From Felis catus (taxonomy: Eukaryota): DNA of 64,000 bases. The DNA lies in assembly GCF_018350175.1 (NCBI RefSeq), contig NC_058368.1, positions 34,350,001-34,414,000 on the forward strand. Direction: 5' to 3'. The position numbers and the translations under genes were made by a program. Numbering within the stretch: position 1 is the stretch's first letter; each line of letters starts with the position of its first letter. This document shows positions 53,682 to 64,000 of this stretch, piece by piece. The notes beneath the pieces were generated by a model. The model ran no database searches. It saw only the letters and a list, made by a program, of their open reading frames with translations, and was not told the origin of the DNA.

Positions 53682-54079
53682 TAACCAAAACAACTTTATA
53701 AACTAATTAACTCTAGGGATCAAAGCAATAGACTTCCCTAAGGACAAGTTTATACTGTAGGTCAGTAACAGAGGGGTAGTGATGTTTTAGTTGGCCATCT
53801 TCAAGGTTTATGGGAATCACTACAACTTACTGATGACTTATCTTCTAATTGATGATATCTTAAGTACATGCACATATGTTTCTGTGTATGTGAGCTTGGA
53901 TAGGAAAATACTAACAGGGGATTTTCACAAAATCTCTTCCTCTGCCTGTTAAAAGAAATCTGGGTTTTGATAATTAAATTCCTAGGTCTTTGTCATACAT
54001 AATCAGGATAACTAAAATAAGCGTAAAGGTTGAGAAGCACAGACCACTTTGAACTTCAATGGCATAAAGAGCTATTGGC

Positions 54080-54101
54080 AAAAAAAATAAATAAATAAAA
54101 A

Positions 54102-54150
<49 letters not shown>

Positions 54151-54151
54151 A
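54080..54151. repeat. (AAAT)n
   Basis: Direct reading. Confidence 0.95.
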
Positions 54152-54709
54152 GTTAGAGACAAAGAGGAAAAACAAAATGTCAGCACTGAGCACCAGAAGA
54201 GTGGAGAGTTTAGGTTGACATTAAAAATCTTAGAGCATCTATTGTGGGAGTGAGATTTGCAAGAAAGAAACAAGAAATAAATGGGAGTTAACTTCTGTTT
54301 GTTTTGAGGAGGGAATCACACCATGCATTTTTATAAGTCTGAAATAAAGATTTACATTGATTTCGCACTACATAAATATTTTTATGTTATTTTAGAGATG
54401 TCAGACTTTTTTAATGTCACATCTGCACCCAGACTAGCCACATAGAAACTAAATTTAATATGGGTTATACTTTATATATACCTCCTTCTTTCCTTTTTTT
54501 TGCATTTCTATAACTTTTCTATTTATGAAAAACATCAAATGCTTAGAACATCAAATGCATCAAATGCATCAAATCCTTATAAAATAGACAGGCAGGTAGG
54601 TAGGTGGACATATAGAAACATAGAGTTTCTGTCTCTGTAAACATTTGGTATTTATTCTGTAAAATCTTATGTTTACCAGTATATTAGAAGTATTATAAAC
54701 TTGAAGACT

Positions 54710-56045
54710 ACGCTATCCAAAATATATAAAGAACTTATAAAATTCAACACCCCAAAAATGAATAATCCAATTTTAAAAAATGGGCAGAAGACATGAATAA
54801 ACACTCTTGCAAAGAAGACCTCCAGATGGCTGACACATGAAAAGATGTTCGACTCACTCATCATCAAGGAAATACACATCAAAACTATAATGAGATACCA
54901 CCTCATACCTGTCAGAATGGCTACAATTAACAACTCAGGAAACAACAGGTGTTGGTGAGGATGTGGAGGAAGGGGAACCCGCTCACACTCTCAGTGAGAT
55001 TGCAAACTGGTACAGTCACTGTGGAAAACAGTATGAAGATGACTCAAAGGTTAAAAATAGAACTACCCTATTATCCATTGATTGCACTAGTAGGAATTTG
55101 CCCAAAGAATACAAAAATACTATTCCAAAGGGATATATGCACTCTGATGGGTAAAGCAGCATTATCTACAATAGCCAAATTATGGAAACAGCCCTGGTGC
55201 CCATTGACTGATAAATACATAAGGAAGATGTGAAGATGTGCTATATATACACAATGGAATATTACTCAGCCATCAAAAAGAATGAAATCTTGCCATGTGC
55301 AACAATGCGGATGGAGCTGGAGTGTGTTATGTTAAACAAAATAAGTCAGTCAGAGAAAGACAAATACTATATGACTTCACTCACATGTGGAATTTGAGAA
55401 ACCAAACAAACAAAGGGAAAAAAAGAGAGAAGAAAGTCTTTTTTTTTTTTTTCACTTAAATTCCAGTTGGTTAACATACAGTGTAGTATCAGGTTCAGGT
55501 ATACGATATAGAGACTCAACACTTTCATACAACACCGAGTGCTCATCACAGCATCCTCCTACCCACCTCCCCTGTGGTAACCATCAGTTGGTCCTCTAAG
55601 TACAGAGTCTATTTCTTGGTTGGCCTCTCTCTTTTTTCCCCCTTTTGTCATTTGTTTGGTTTCTCAGATTCCACATATGAGTGAAATTGTATGGTATTTG
55701 TCCTTTTCTGATTGACATTATTTCGCTTGGCCTAATACTCTAGCTCCATCTCTGCCATTGCAAATGGCAAGATTTCATTCTTTTTGATGGTTGAGTAACA
55801 TTCCATTGTGTATTAGAGAGAGAGAGACTCTTAACTATAGAGCACAAACTGATGGTTACCAGAACTGAGGCAGGTGGGAGGATGGGTTAAACAGGTGATG
55901 GGGATTAAGGAATGCACTTGCTATCATGAGCACTGAGTGTTGTAAAGAAATGTTGAATCTCTATATTGTATACCTGAAACTAATATTACATTATATGTTA
56001 ACTAACTGGAATTAAAAAAAAATTAAAACAAAGAAAATAAAATTA
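54710..56045 (+). mobile_element. Carnivore L1 3' portion
   Basis: atgagataccacctcatacctgtcagaatggc; AALSTIAKLWKQP; ends aactggaattaaaaaaaa. Confidence 0.92.
55439..55812 (-). mobile_element. L1 3' end inserted in reverse inside the host L1 3' UTR
   Basis: Poly-T, then aaattccagttggttaacatacagtg...cattccattgtgtat. Confidence 0.88.
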
Positions 56046-57536
56046 AAGACTAATCTTTTTTTTTCCTTTTCCCTTGTCAGTAGGTGGCAATTTTAAAAGA
56101 AAACCTTGTGAAATCAACTGTCACTAAATGGTAGTTTTCTGAGCCCATGACAAGCTTCTACAAATCAGATTTTGGATTGCTTTAGCTATTTCTCAATGTA
56201 ATCAATTGAAGAGGACTGATTCAACCTGCTTTTTGAAGAGAGGGTAAAAAAATAGCTAAGGCTCTCACTCTCTGGATTTTGAAAGGTAAATGGTGAGAGC
56301 TATAAAAGTTTCCTTTTTTTTTTCTTGCCTAAATGTGCAGAATCAGACCCCTCTTAAATTGATTGCACAGCAGAGCTCTGGAAAAGGTGTACCAATTGTA
56401 AAGGCGTTTTTTGCCCCTTAAAAGATGTTCTTTAAGCCAGTCTGCTCCTTATCTTCAAACCACAATCAACAGTTAAGTAAACTATTATCTCAACTTGATT
56501 CTTGTTACATTATTTCTTCACTCCTCACACTTAATTGCACCTTTTTGGCTCAATGTTTATCCAGAACACCAAGATGATCACACTGTTTACAATATATAAT
56601 ATACATAATAAATATGTTACAATAAATAGGGTAATTCCTTATGTGTATCTAAATATAAATAAATGCATTTGCAGAATATCATCCCAGGTAATTAAGTGTT
56701 ATATTTAAATTCATATATCATATTTAAATTACATGACATTATTAGGTTGCATATATCAGTAACAATTTTTCCATGTTTCTGAATGCACACTGGTGTTAAT
56801 CATTTGCATTTCTATGATAAGATCTATGGTTTATTATAAGGGACTAAAGATATTTTATTTGTTAGCCTTGAAAAATATAGAGAGAAACTCCATATTTGTA
56901 TGTGTATTATATTTGTATACTATTTGTACAATAGCATGATACAAATCTAACTAGACATATCTTAAAATGTAGGTGTCTTCCTTGGATTCCTAAATTTAGT
57001 TAGTGTAAGATGATGCAAATACTTTGGCTACAAGGGTTCATTAGCTTATTCAAGCTTTACAAAAGCAATTTTAATGTAAAATTTTTTTAAAAATGCTCTA
57101 AGATCATCCATGGAAGGTCTTATGGAAGAAGGCAAAACAAAAAATATACATAATTTGGGTTTTCCAGTGATATATCACAACAGATGATTCAGTTGCAAAG
57201 ATTGGATTCCATAGAAAGTTGCTTGTCAGACTTGTGACCCACTGAAAGATTAATTCAGTAACTAGTACTTGATTTGATTTGGTTAGTGGCAATCTATGCG
57301 GCAATAATGTTTTGAATGTTGGTGCCTTGTGGCTTTCTACCAGCTAAGAATAAATTAGAGTGAATAAATTTTCATTATATATATTTAAGCTCCACTTGCA
57401 AGGTAGAATGTTGTATTTTGCATTCGGCAATAATTCCTGGTGTTGACAATGTTTCACTGGTGTCATCTTTATGCTCTTCTGACTTTAATTTAATTTTATA
57501 CTCTGAGAGTCATTATAAATTAATTCAAACTCTCAC

Positions 57537-57577
57537 CTCATTGAAATATGGCATACTAGAATGAACTTTTAGTAGTC
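57537..57577 (-). pseudogene. Exon candidate, 41 nt
   Basis: atttctctatatacaaatag|GACTAC...AATGAG|gtgaga. Phase 1-0 reads LLKVHSSMPYFNE. Confidence 0.5.
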
Positions 57578-58322
57578 CTATTTGTATATAGAGAAATGAT
57601 TATGGTTTCCACAGGTGGATGTTGAGATGCCAGACTTAAGAATCCACAACGTTATCATGAGTTAAAAAGTACCCTCTCATCCACGGATGGACTATTTCAC
57701 ATAAGTATGAGGTCAATTTAATAAACTGTTGGAGAAAGTTGTGTTGTCTGGAAAACATTCAGAATTGGTGTTGGGGAAAGAAAGGAAAAGGTGTTCTAAT
57801 ATCATAATTGGAAGCAATACTCATATTCCTGTCTTGTTTTGGGGAGAACTTGGATCAATTCCCTCCAAAAAAATCTTTAATAAAACCAAATTAGTAAAGA
57901 CCATTCCTTGGATGCACAGTAGACATTTCAAAGTTGGTAGAGGGACCAGCCATTTATTCACCTTAGTTGCTACAAAAATGTGAGGTGGGCTCTGGTGACA
58001 GATGCTGTTGACTAAAGCTAAGTTTAGAATTCAGAAAGCTTGGACTGGCCTGAATGGCAATTATAGTATTAAATGAGAGGGGAAAAATATGATTAAAGGA
58101 TGCCATTTTTCAAGGGAGGAAAAATATGATTTTAGATATGATGAGGCATCAGCACCATGAGACTGCCATGTGAAAATTCTAAGCATGGTTAGCATTGGTG
58201 ATGATGGTTTCAGAAGACAAGTGAAAGTAGAACATAGTTGAAGACACTGGAGTAAATGAAAGTGAAAAAGCGATGACAGAAACAAGAAGCCATAAATGCC
58301 CACCAGCACTTGCCAAACATAC

Positions 58323-58330
58323 GGTTCTTT
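58323..58330 (-). pseudogene. 8-nt microexon candidate (AAAGAACC)
   Basis: ctcctaatgcctctctgtccctcctttatcag|AAAGAACC|gtatgt. Branch-point-like cctaat and a long pyrimidine tract precede it, and it bridges the phases of its neighbours. Confidence 0.45.
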
Positions 58331-58944
58331 CTGATAAAGGAGGGACAGAGAGGCATTAGGAGTGAACTGACTCCTCTGGATAGAGACTCAATAAAAAACT
58401 ATGTTTTTTAGTGAGCTGTTTTTTTTCCTTCATTTCCCTTCCTTTAACTTGAAATTCGAGGTTATCAAGGGTTGTATATAAAGACATTTATTTGGCACTA
58501 AGTGACACAGAAGTCAGTAAGGATAAATATATAAAATAAATGTATTTTAAAAATAAAATGAAGTAGAGTTCCCAGGTTTGGGGAAACTCCGAAATACACA
58601 CAACAAATGTAATGTGTATGCACAACATGCTTGGATAAGCACAACATTAGAGTTTAAATATTAGAGGACTACAGAAAAAAATATTCTAAGGGAAATGACC
58701 ATAACAGATGATACAGGAGGTGAAATTTGAATGAGGCTATGGTGTATAAAATTACTAATATCTATCAGTGTTTTCTCTGTGCCAGGTACTCTTCTAAAAG
58801 CTGTGCATATATTAACTCATGAAACCTTCATAACTATCCCTCGAAAACATGCAAACGAAAACCATACAAGGCTTTAAAAAATTCAGAAACATTCGGAGAA
58901 AGAGCTCTGGATCTGAAGTAAAATTCTCTACCAGCATAACTTAC

Positions 58945-59008
58945 CTAATATGGTTGCTGTAAATATTAAAGGACATTTTATATGCAGGAATTGACAAGGA
59001 GTCCTGGT
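58945..59008 (-). pseudogene. Exon candidate, 64 nt
   Basis: aattttttactccag|ACCAGGAC...ATTAG|gtaagt. Phase 1-2 reads QDSLSIPAYKMSFNIYSNHI. Confidence 0.6.
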
Positions 59009-59824
59009 CTGGAGTAAAAAATTCATAAATATTAGGTATTTTATAATGATTACAATTATTTTTCTGTTCTTGATTCTTCGTTTTGTTTGGTCTTGCATAG
59101 GGATAGTTCTCAGGAATAACAGTCAGGAGTGCATGAAAAGGCATGGAATGAGGAAAGAGAAAGTATGAGGGAGGATAGAAAGAATGGTAGAAATGAACAT
59201 TGGTGAAAATGTGTGAAGTGTCTGAAAAGCTGTGCAAACATTTGTACGTATTTCAGTAGGATATAGGGAGCCAGTTAAAAGATTTAAATAAAAATCTCAT
59301 GATTATATCTCTGTTTTAAAATATAACTCCAATGCCATGGTGAAGAGTGAATGTAAGGGAGATAGAGATTACAGAAAGATAAATTATTTAAGGAATTATT
59401 GAAATATTTCATATGAAAATAGAGTGCCTGAACTAGAATAAGCTCATGAATGTACAACAGTAACAGCAAATATTTCAAAGATAACTTCCAAGTTTCTAGC
59501 TTGAATAATTGGCTTGACGGTAATGTCACTATTGAACGAGAGAAGAAACAAAATAATGGAAACCATTTTTCAAGGGAGGACAAGTTTGTTGTTATGTTGA
59601 CGCATCATCACCATGAAATCACCGTGTGAAAATTCTAAGCAAGGTTAGCATTGGTGATAATAGTTTTGGAAAACATGCACAAATGGGACGTTGTTGAAGA
59701 CTGTATAGTAAATGAAAGTGAAAAAAAAAAAGAAGCAAAAAAATAGCACGAATCAAGAAGCTTAAGAATAGGGGAAGTAGAAAAATACAAACCATTTAAG
59801 ATTACAGTAAAGGCATTTACATAC

Positions 59825-59939
59825 GCATAAGACATATTTGAGTAAAACAGACAGCTCCTAATGAGCTGGAAAATGTTTTCCAAACATAAGATTCGGTTAT
59901 TGTAAATGGCCATTAAATTTTCTCTGAGTTTCTTGACAG
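59825..59939 (-). pseudogene. Exon candidate, 115 nt
   Basis: ctgaccctttttcttttag|CTGTCAAG...TTATGC|gtatgt. One frame is (A)VKKLRENLMAIYNNRILCLENIFQLIRSCLFYSNMSY; another is *WPFTITESYVWKTFSSSLGAVCFTQICLM, suggesting an internal frameshift. Confidence 0.65.
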
Positions 59940-60817
59940 CTAAAAGAAAAAGGGTCAGGTGATGAGGCAGTATTGATTTCATGATCTGATAAAAAGAAAT
60001 GTCTTTCTTCTGAAAAGATAAATGACTTCCTGGCAGTTAATTCGAGGAGCAACACTATCACGTGAGTGCTTATGCAAACATAATTTAATATTATACCAGA
60101 CAATGTATTCAATGGAATTGTTTTAGAAGAACAAGGGGTGACCATATCTTATAAAGACACTTGATAAAAGCAAAACTGATATGTTTACAACAACAATGGA
60201 CATGTTCCAGGTCCAATATTATGCTTAAATAGAGACAATGTGGAAAAAAAAAGAGCAAAAAAGAGCAAGAAAAGCAAAATACTCAAGGGAAATGAGAAAT
60301 TAGTAAATATGCAAACAGTTGTAAGGCATTGACACTTTTGATAGGATTAAATCTCAGAAAAATAATATTTTGAAATAAATGTTCTTTATAAATAAAATAC
60401 CATAACTTGCATAAATTTTAGGCACATGCTTTTTTTAATATCGATTGCTCTTTCTGAAGCAACATATTTGTGCTTTGCCCAAAGCATCATTCCTTCTATA
60501 ATTTGGATTATTGAGATTTTTGAATGATTATTAGTTTCACGTATCCTATAAAACAAAACAGTATTTATATTCCTAAAGAAAATTTAATGCTAATAATTTT
60601 AAACAAGCCAGTTAACAAACAGTACCACACATAATCATTAAATTGTATGATTTTTTAATATTCCTTTTCAAATTGTTAATTTTATTAAAAATAAAAGTTG
60701 AACTCTTAAATATATTACTAAGCATTTTTTTTACTTCCTCAAAAACCATAAAAGATTTGTCAGTAAATCGCTTTGACTCTCAAAATTAAAGTTTTCGGCA
60801 GTTAGAAGGCTTTTCTA

Positions 60818-61039
60818 GGGGCACCTGGGTGGCTCAGTCGGTTGAGCCTCTGACTTCAGTTCAGGTCATGAACTCACTTGGTGAGTTCAAGCCCCATGTG
60901 GGGCTCTGTGCTGACAGCTCAGAGCCTGAAGCCTGCTTCTGATTCTGTGTCTCCCTCTCTCTGTTACCCCCCTGATCCCACTCTGTCTTTCTCTCTATGT
61001 CAAAAATAAATGAAGATTTAAAAAAAAATTAAAAAGAAA
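60818..61039 (+). mobile_element. Can-SINE
   Basis: Full body; TSD-like agaagg(c/t)tttt. Confidence 0.94.
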
Positions 61040-61251
61040 AGAAGGTTTTTGGCTACATAGTGTAAAGAGGTAAAATTATGACTATTTGAGGAGTTTTAAA
61101 TAGCACATTGACTGATCAAAGGATGAATTTTCACTTGTCAGAGTATTTTTACATTAATAATGCTTTGTCTCAAACATTATCTAAACATGTGAAGCAAGAT
61201 GGTCATAGAGAGGTAGTTTGAAGTGGTATCTTCAGAAACTGGTATACATAC

Positions 61252-61347
61252 CATAAAGCTTCTCTGCTTTGAATTTGGTTTATTCAAACCATGCATAATC
61301 CTTTAAAAGTTTCATTTTCTCTAGGCATTTCATTTTTTATTTACCAT
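61252..61347 (-). pseudogene. Exon candidate, 96 nt, second half of the EF-hand-like motif
   Basis: tattattttatag|ATGGTAAA...CTTTATG|gtatgt. Phase 1-1 reads (D)GK*KMKCLEKMKLLKDYAWFE*TKFKAEKLY. Confidence 0.6.
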
Positions 61348-61757
61348 CTATAAAATAATATGTGATCGTTTTAGCTAATGAGAATGCAAATATGTTATGA
61401 TAATCTCTATTATATCTTCAAATAGAGACTAAAAGTTCTGACATATCACCATGTAGAAATGTTTTATTTTCATGTGTAACTAATAGATTATGCCATTTTA
61501 TCAAAAGATGGAGGGCCAGGATCCCTTCAACATTTTGTAAAAGATGGGCTCTAAGTACTGTTGGAAATAAAAAAATATATAACCATTCACTTAGCAAAAA
61601 CTCTTTTAGGTATAGATATCATTTTGGTTAGTACTGCTGACTTTTAAGTTTTTGTATATAGACTATGGAGAAGTTTATTATTTTTTTAAATCTCAACTAA
61701 AGCCAAAAGTAATTATAATATAAATTTTCAAAGCCTGTTATTTTTATGCAATAAATA

Positions 61758-62020
61758 CCTTTCTTTCTTTCTTTCCCTTTTTCTTCCTTCTTTCCTTCCT
61801 TCCTTCCTTCCTTGTTGATTTTCTTCTCTCCTCTCCTCTCCTTTCCTCCCCCCTCCCCTCCCTCTTCTGTCTCTCACTCTTTCTTTTCTTTCTCTTCCTT
61901 CCTTCCTTCCTTCCTTCCTTCCTTCCTTCCTTCCTTCCTTCCTTCCTTCCTTCCTTTCTTTTCTTGTCTTCTTCTCTCTCTCTCTCTCTCTTTCTCTCTC
62001 ATTCTCTCTTCCCTTCTTTT
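61758..62020. repeat. Polypyrimidine compound repeat, (CCTT)n/(CT)n
   Basis: About 260 bp of almost pure C/T. Confidence 0.97.
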
Positions 62021-62524
62021 CCTGAAATGCAAAGCTGGTAGAGCTTGTAAGAATCTCAGCCCTACGTCTCAATCACTGATAGAATATATCAAGTCTAGTG
62101 TCTAACACAACTGGGATGACTGAAACACCTACTTTGAGGGAAAAGTTGAATATTGTCTGGCAGTTGCACTTGACAGGAAGTGAACAGCATATTAATCTCT
62201 ATGTCTAGTGTTCAAAGAATGAAAGAAAAGTCTGACTCAGAGAGGAAATATATCTAACGGTCTCTGTAAACCCCTGATCACACATGTAAAAGAAAAATGA
62301 TCAATTTCCTTTTAGCATCTTTCCTTCCATTCCCTGTGGTAGTTAATAGTATAGTCAACAGTAATAGCTAAGTCTACATATTTTTCCAACATAATAAAAT
62401 GGGTGCATGTATGTATATAATAAATATCACACATTCACAATACTCTGGTTTACTTTAGCAAAAAGGATGGCACTATAAAGATTATGCTGCAACTTGCATT
62501 TTTAAAAATAACCTTATTCTGGTA

Positions 62525-62915
62525 CATTTTTAGATTCATAGCATTATTGTGAAGAAAGTGCACAGAGTTCCCAAATACTTCACGCCCAGTTTCCTCTATT
62601 ATTAACAATTTACATTAGTATGTTACATTTGTCAAACTGATGAACCATAATTGACACATTATTATTAACTAAAGTCCACAGTTCATTCAGATTTTTGGGG
62701 GTGCTTCCCCTAATGCCTTTTGTCTGTTCCACGATCCCATGTAGCGTACTTCATTACATTTAGTTCTCATGCCTCCTTAACTTTCTCTAGGCTGTGTAAG
62801 TTTCTCAGACGCTTCTTGTTTTCAACGGTTTGAGAAGTTTTAAGAACTACTGGTGAGGCATTTTATAGAATGCCCCTCAATTAGAATTTTATGATTTTTT
62901 TTCTCATGATTAGAC
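62525..62915 (-). mobile_element. L1MB-type 3' UTR
   Basis: acagagttccca, tgacacattattattaactaaagtcca, ttacatttagtt motifs. Confidence 0.7.
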
Positions 62916-63280
62916 ATCCGTGCTATGTTATGATCAGTGTTATAGAGCAGAGTGTCTAAGATAAGGCAATCTGAGTTGGTAGTCCTGGGTCTGCCACTAA
63001 ATAATTATTCAATCATTAGGAAGTTTCTATTTTTCACTGTTAACATATAAGTATTTTATAACCTGAAAAATATAGGCATATTTGCATATGTGCATATATG
63101 TCCATATGTGTGCACATTTGTGTATATGTGTATGTACATATATAGACACACATATAAAATGAAAATACAACATTATCATTTTATTTGCTGTGAACTCTTC
63201 AGACTTGAGATAACTCTTTTGTTCTTTCTTGAAATCCTGATCATTTACTAACTTGGTTCCTGACCCATGGGATTTTGAAA

Positions 63281-63394
63281 ATTCTTTTTTGTTTTAAAGA
63301 TTTTATTTTTAGGTAATCTCTGGACCCAATGTGGGGGTTGAATTTATAACCCCAACAGTCACATGTTTCACATGTCCTATCTAGCCATGCACCC
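63281..63394 (-). mobile_element. Short old Can-SINE
   Basis: tttaaagattttattttt...gccatgcacccc; TSD gaa(a/t)attct. Confidence 0.75.
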
Positions 63395-63495
63395 CAGGAA
63401 TATTCTAAATTCTTACTAAAGAAATAAATTTTGAACAAAACAATAAAACTTCTGGCAAACAGATAAATATTATGAAGAATTTCTAACAACATTAC

Positions 63496-63656
63496 CTTTA
63501 TCTATTGCAGAAAAGATAGCCTAAAACTTTGTGTAAAGTCATGAATGCAGGTATCCAAATATAATCTGCATCAACGATTTGGTGAGGACTTTATGGTGGG
63601 CCAACGAAATGGGAGGTTATACTCAGTGAACTAAGATGTTTTCCAGCAGCGTGCTT
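63496..63656 (-). pseudogene. Exon candidate, 161 nt, ending in the first half of an EF-hand-like motif
   Basis: ccctctgtttcatcag|AAGCACG...GATAAAG|gtaatg. The frame ending ...LYTKF*AIFSAIDK(D) has several stops. Confidence 0.6.
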
Positions 63657-64000
63657 CTGATGAAACAGAGGGCTCGAACTATGACTAAAGAAATTATTTT
63701 CAAAGCTGTATTCCCTATAAATTATAAACTAGTAGGAAATATTACAATTAATTTCAATTGAATTTAGCTAATATATGTTCTCTATGATGTGCTCAGAAAT
63801 GCCCTAAGTGCCATGGAGGGATAAAATGAACAAAGATAAAAGATATTTCCTCCAGTTTATTGAAAAAATGGAGACATATTAGAGAGATAACAACCTAAAA
63901 TAGTGTAAGATTTGAGCTCTAATGAGTAGCACAGAAATAAAGCTACCTGGAGGGTGGGACCCTCAGAGCCAGGATTCTTCCTTAGCTGAGTCATCTGAGG

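Larger units (their letters stand above)
58030..59765 (+). repeat. Diverged direct duplication: ~58030-58295 and ~59495-59765
   Basis: Shared ccatttttcaagggagga (58103 and 59563), tgtgaaaattctaagca.ggttagcattggtgat and agtaaatgaaagtgaaaaa. Confidence 0.85.
5994..63656 (-). pseudogene. Decayed multi-exon gene (probable unitary pseudogene), EF-hand-like plus GAF-like, EFCAB5-like architecture; probably continues beyond the right edge
   Basis: About 20 minus-strand segments lie in non-repeat DNA, mostly with pyrimidine-tract AG acceptors and GT donors. Many lengths are multiples of 3 (96, 114, 54, 51, 57, 102, 123, 99) or phase-matched. Translations are protein-like but contain stops and frameshifts. 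The family resemblance is from recall, not a search. Confidence 0.65.

Noticed and set aside
46035..56045. One full-length L1 made of the 46-51 kb and 54.7-56 kb pieces
   Set aside because: They are separated by 3.5 kb of non-L1 DNA containing an exon candidate, the middle of ORF2 is missing, and I found no shared TSD.
5994..63656. Naming the relic EFCAB5
   Set aside because: The resemblance is remote and from memory only; a true orthologue would be far more similar.

Overview
This is AT-rich mammalian genomic DNA from a cat or other felid, shown by about 25 tRNA-derived Can-SINEs that include young feline-type copies with intact target-site duplications (TSDs). It is also dense in L1, L2, LTR, MER5A and microsatellite repeats. 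No intact protein-coding gene is visible, and the ORF track consists almost entirely of repeat-derived or chance ORFs. The main non-repeat signal is a chain of about 20 exon-like segments on the minus strand from ~63.7 kb down to ~6 kb. Most are bounded by a polypyrimidine tract+AG and a GT donor, many are phase-compatible, and several carry in-frame stops, frameshifts or dead acceptors. The spliced translation gives EF-hand-like motifs followed by two GAF-like segments. From my memory of the human protein, the motif order resembles EFCAB5, but the sequence is far too diverged to be the orthologue. My best reading is a decayed multi-exon pseudogene of an EF-hand/GAF, EFCAB5-like paralogue. That assignment is unverified and needs a profile search. 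Repeat subfamily names are from motif recall, and boundaries of old repeats are approximate.
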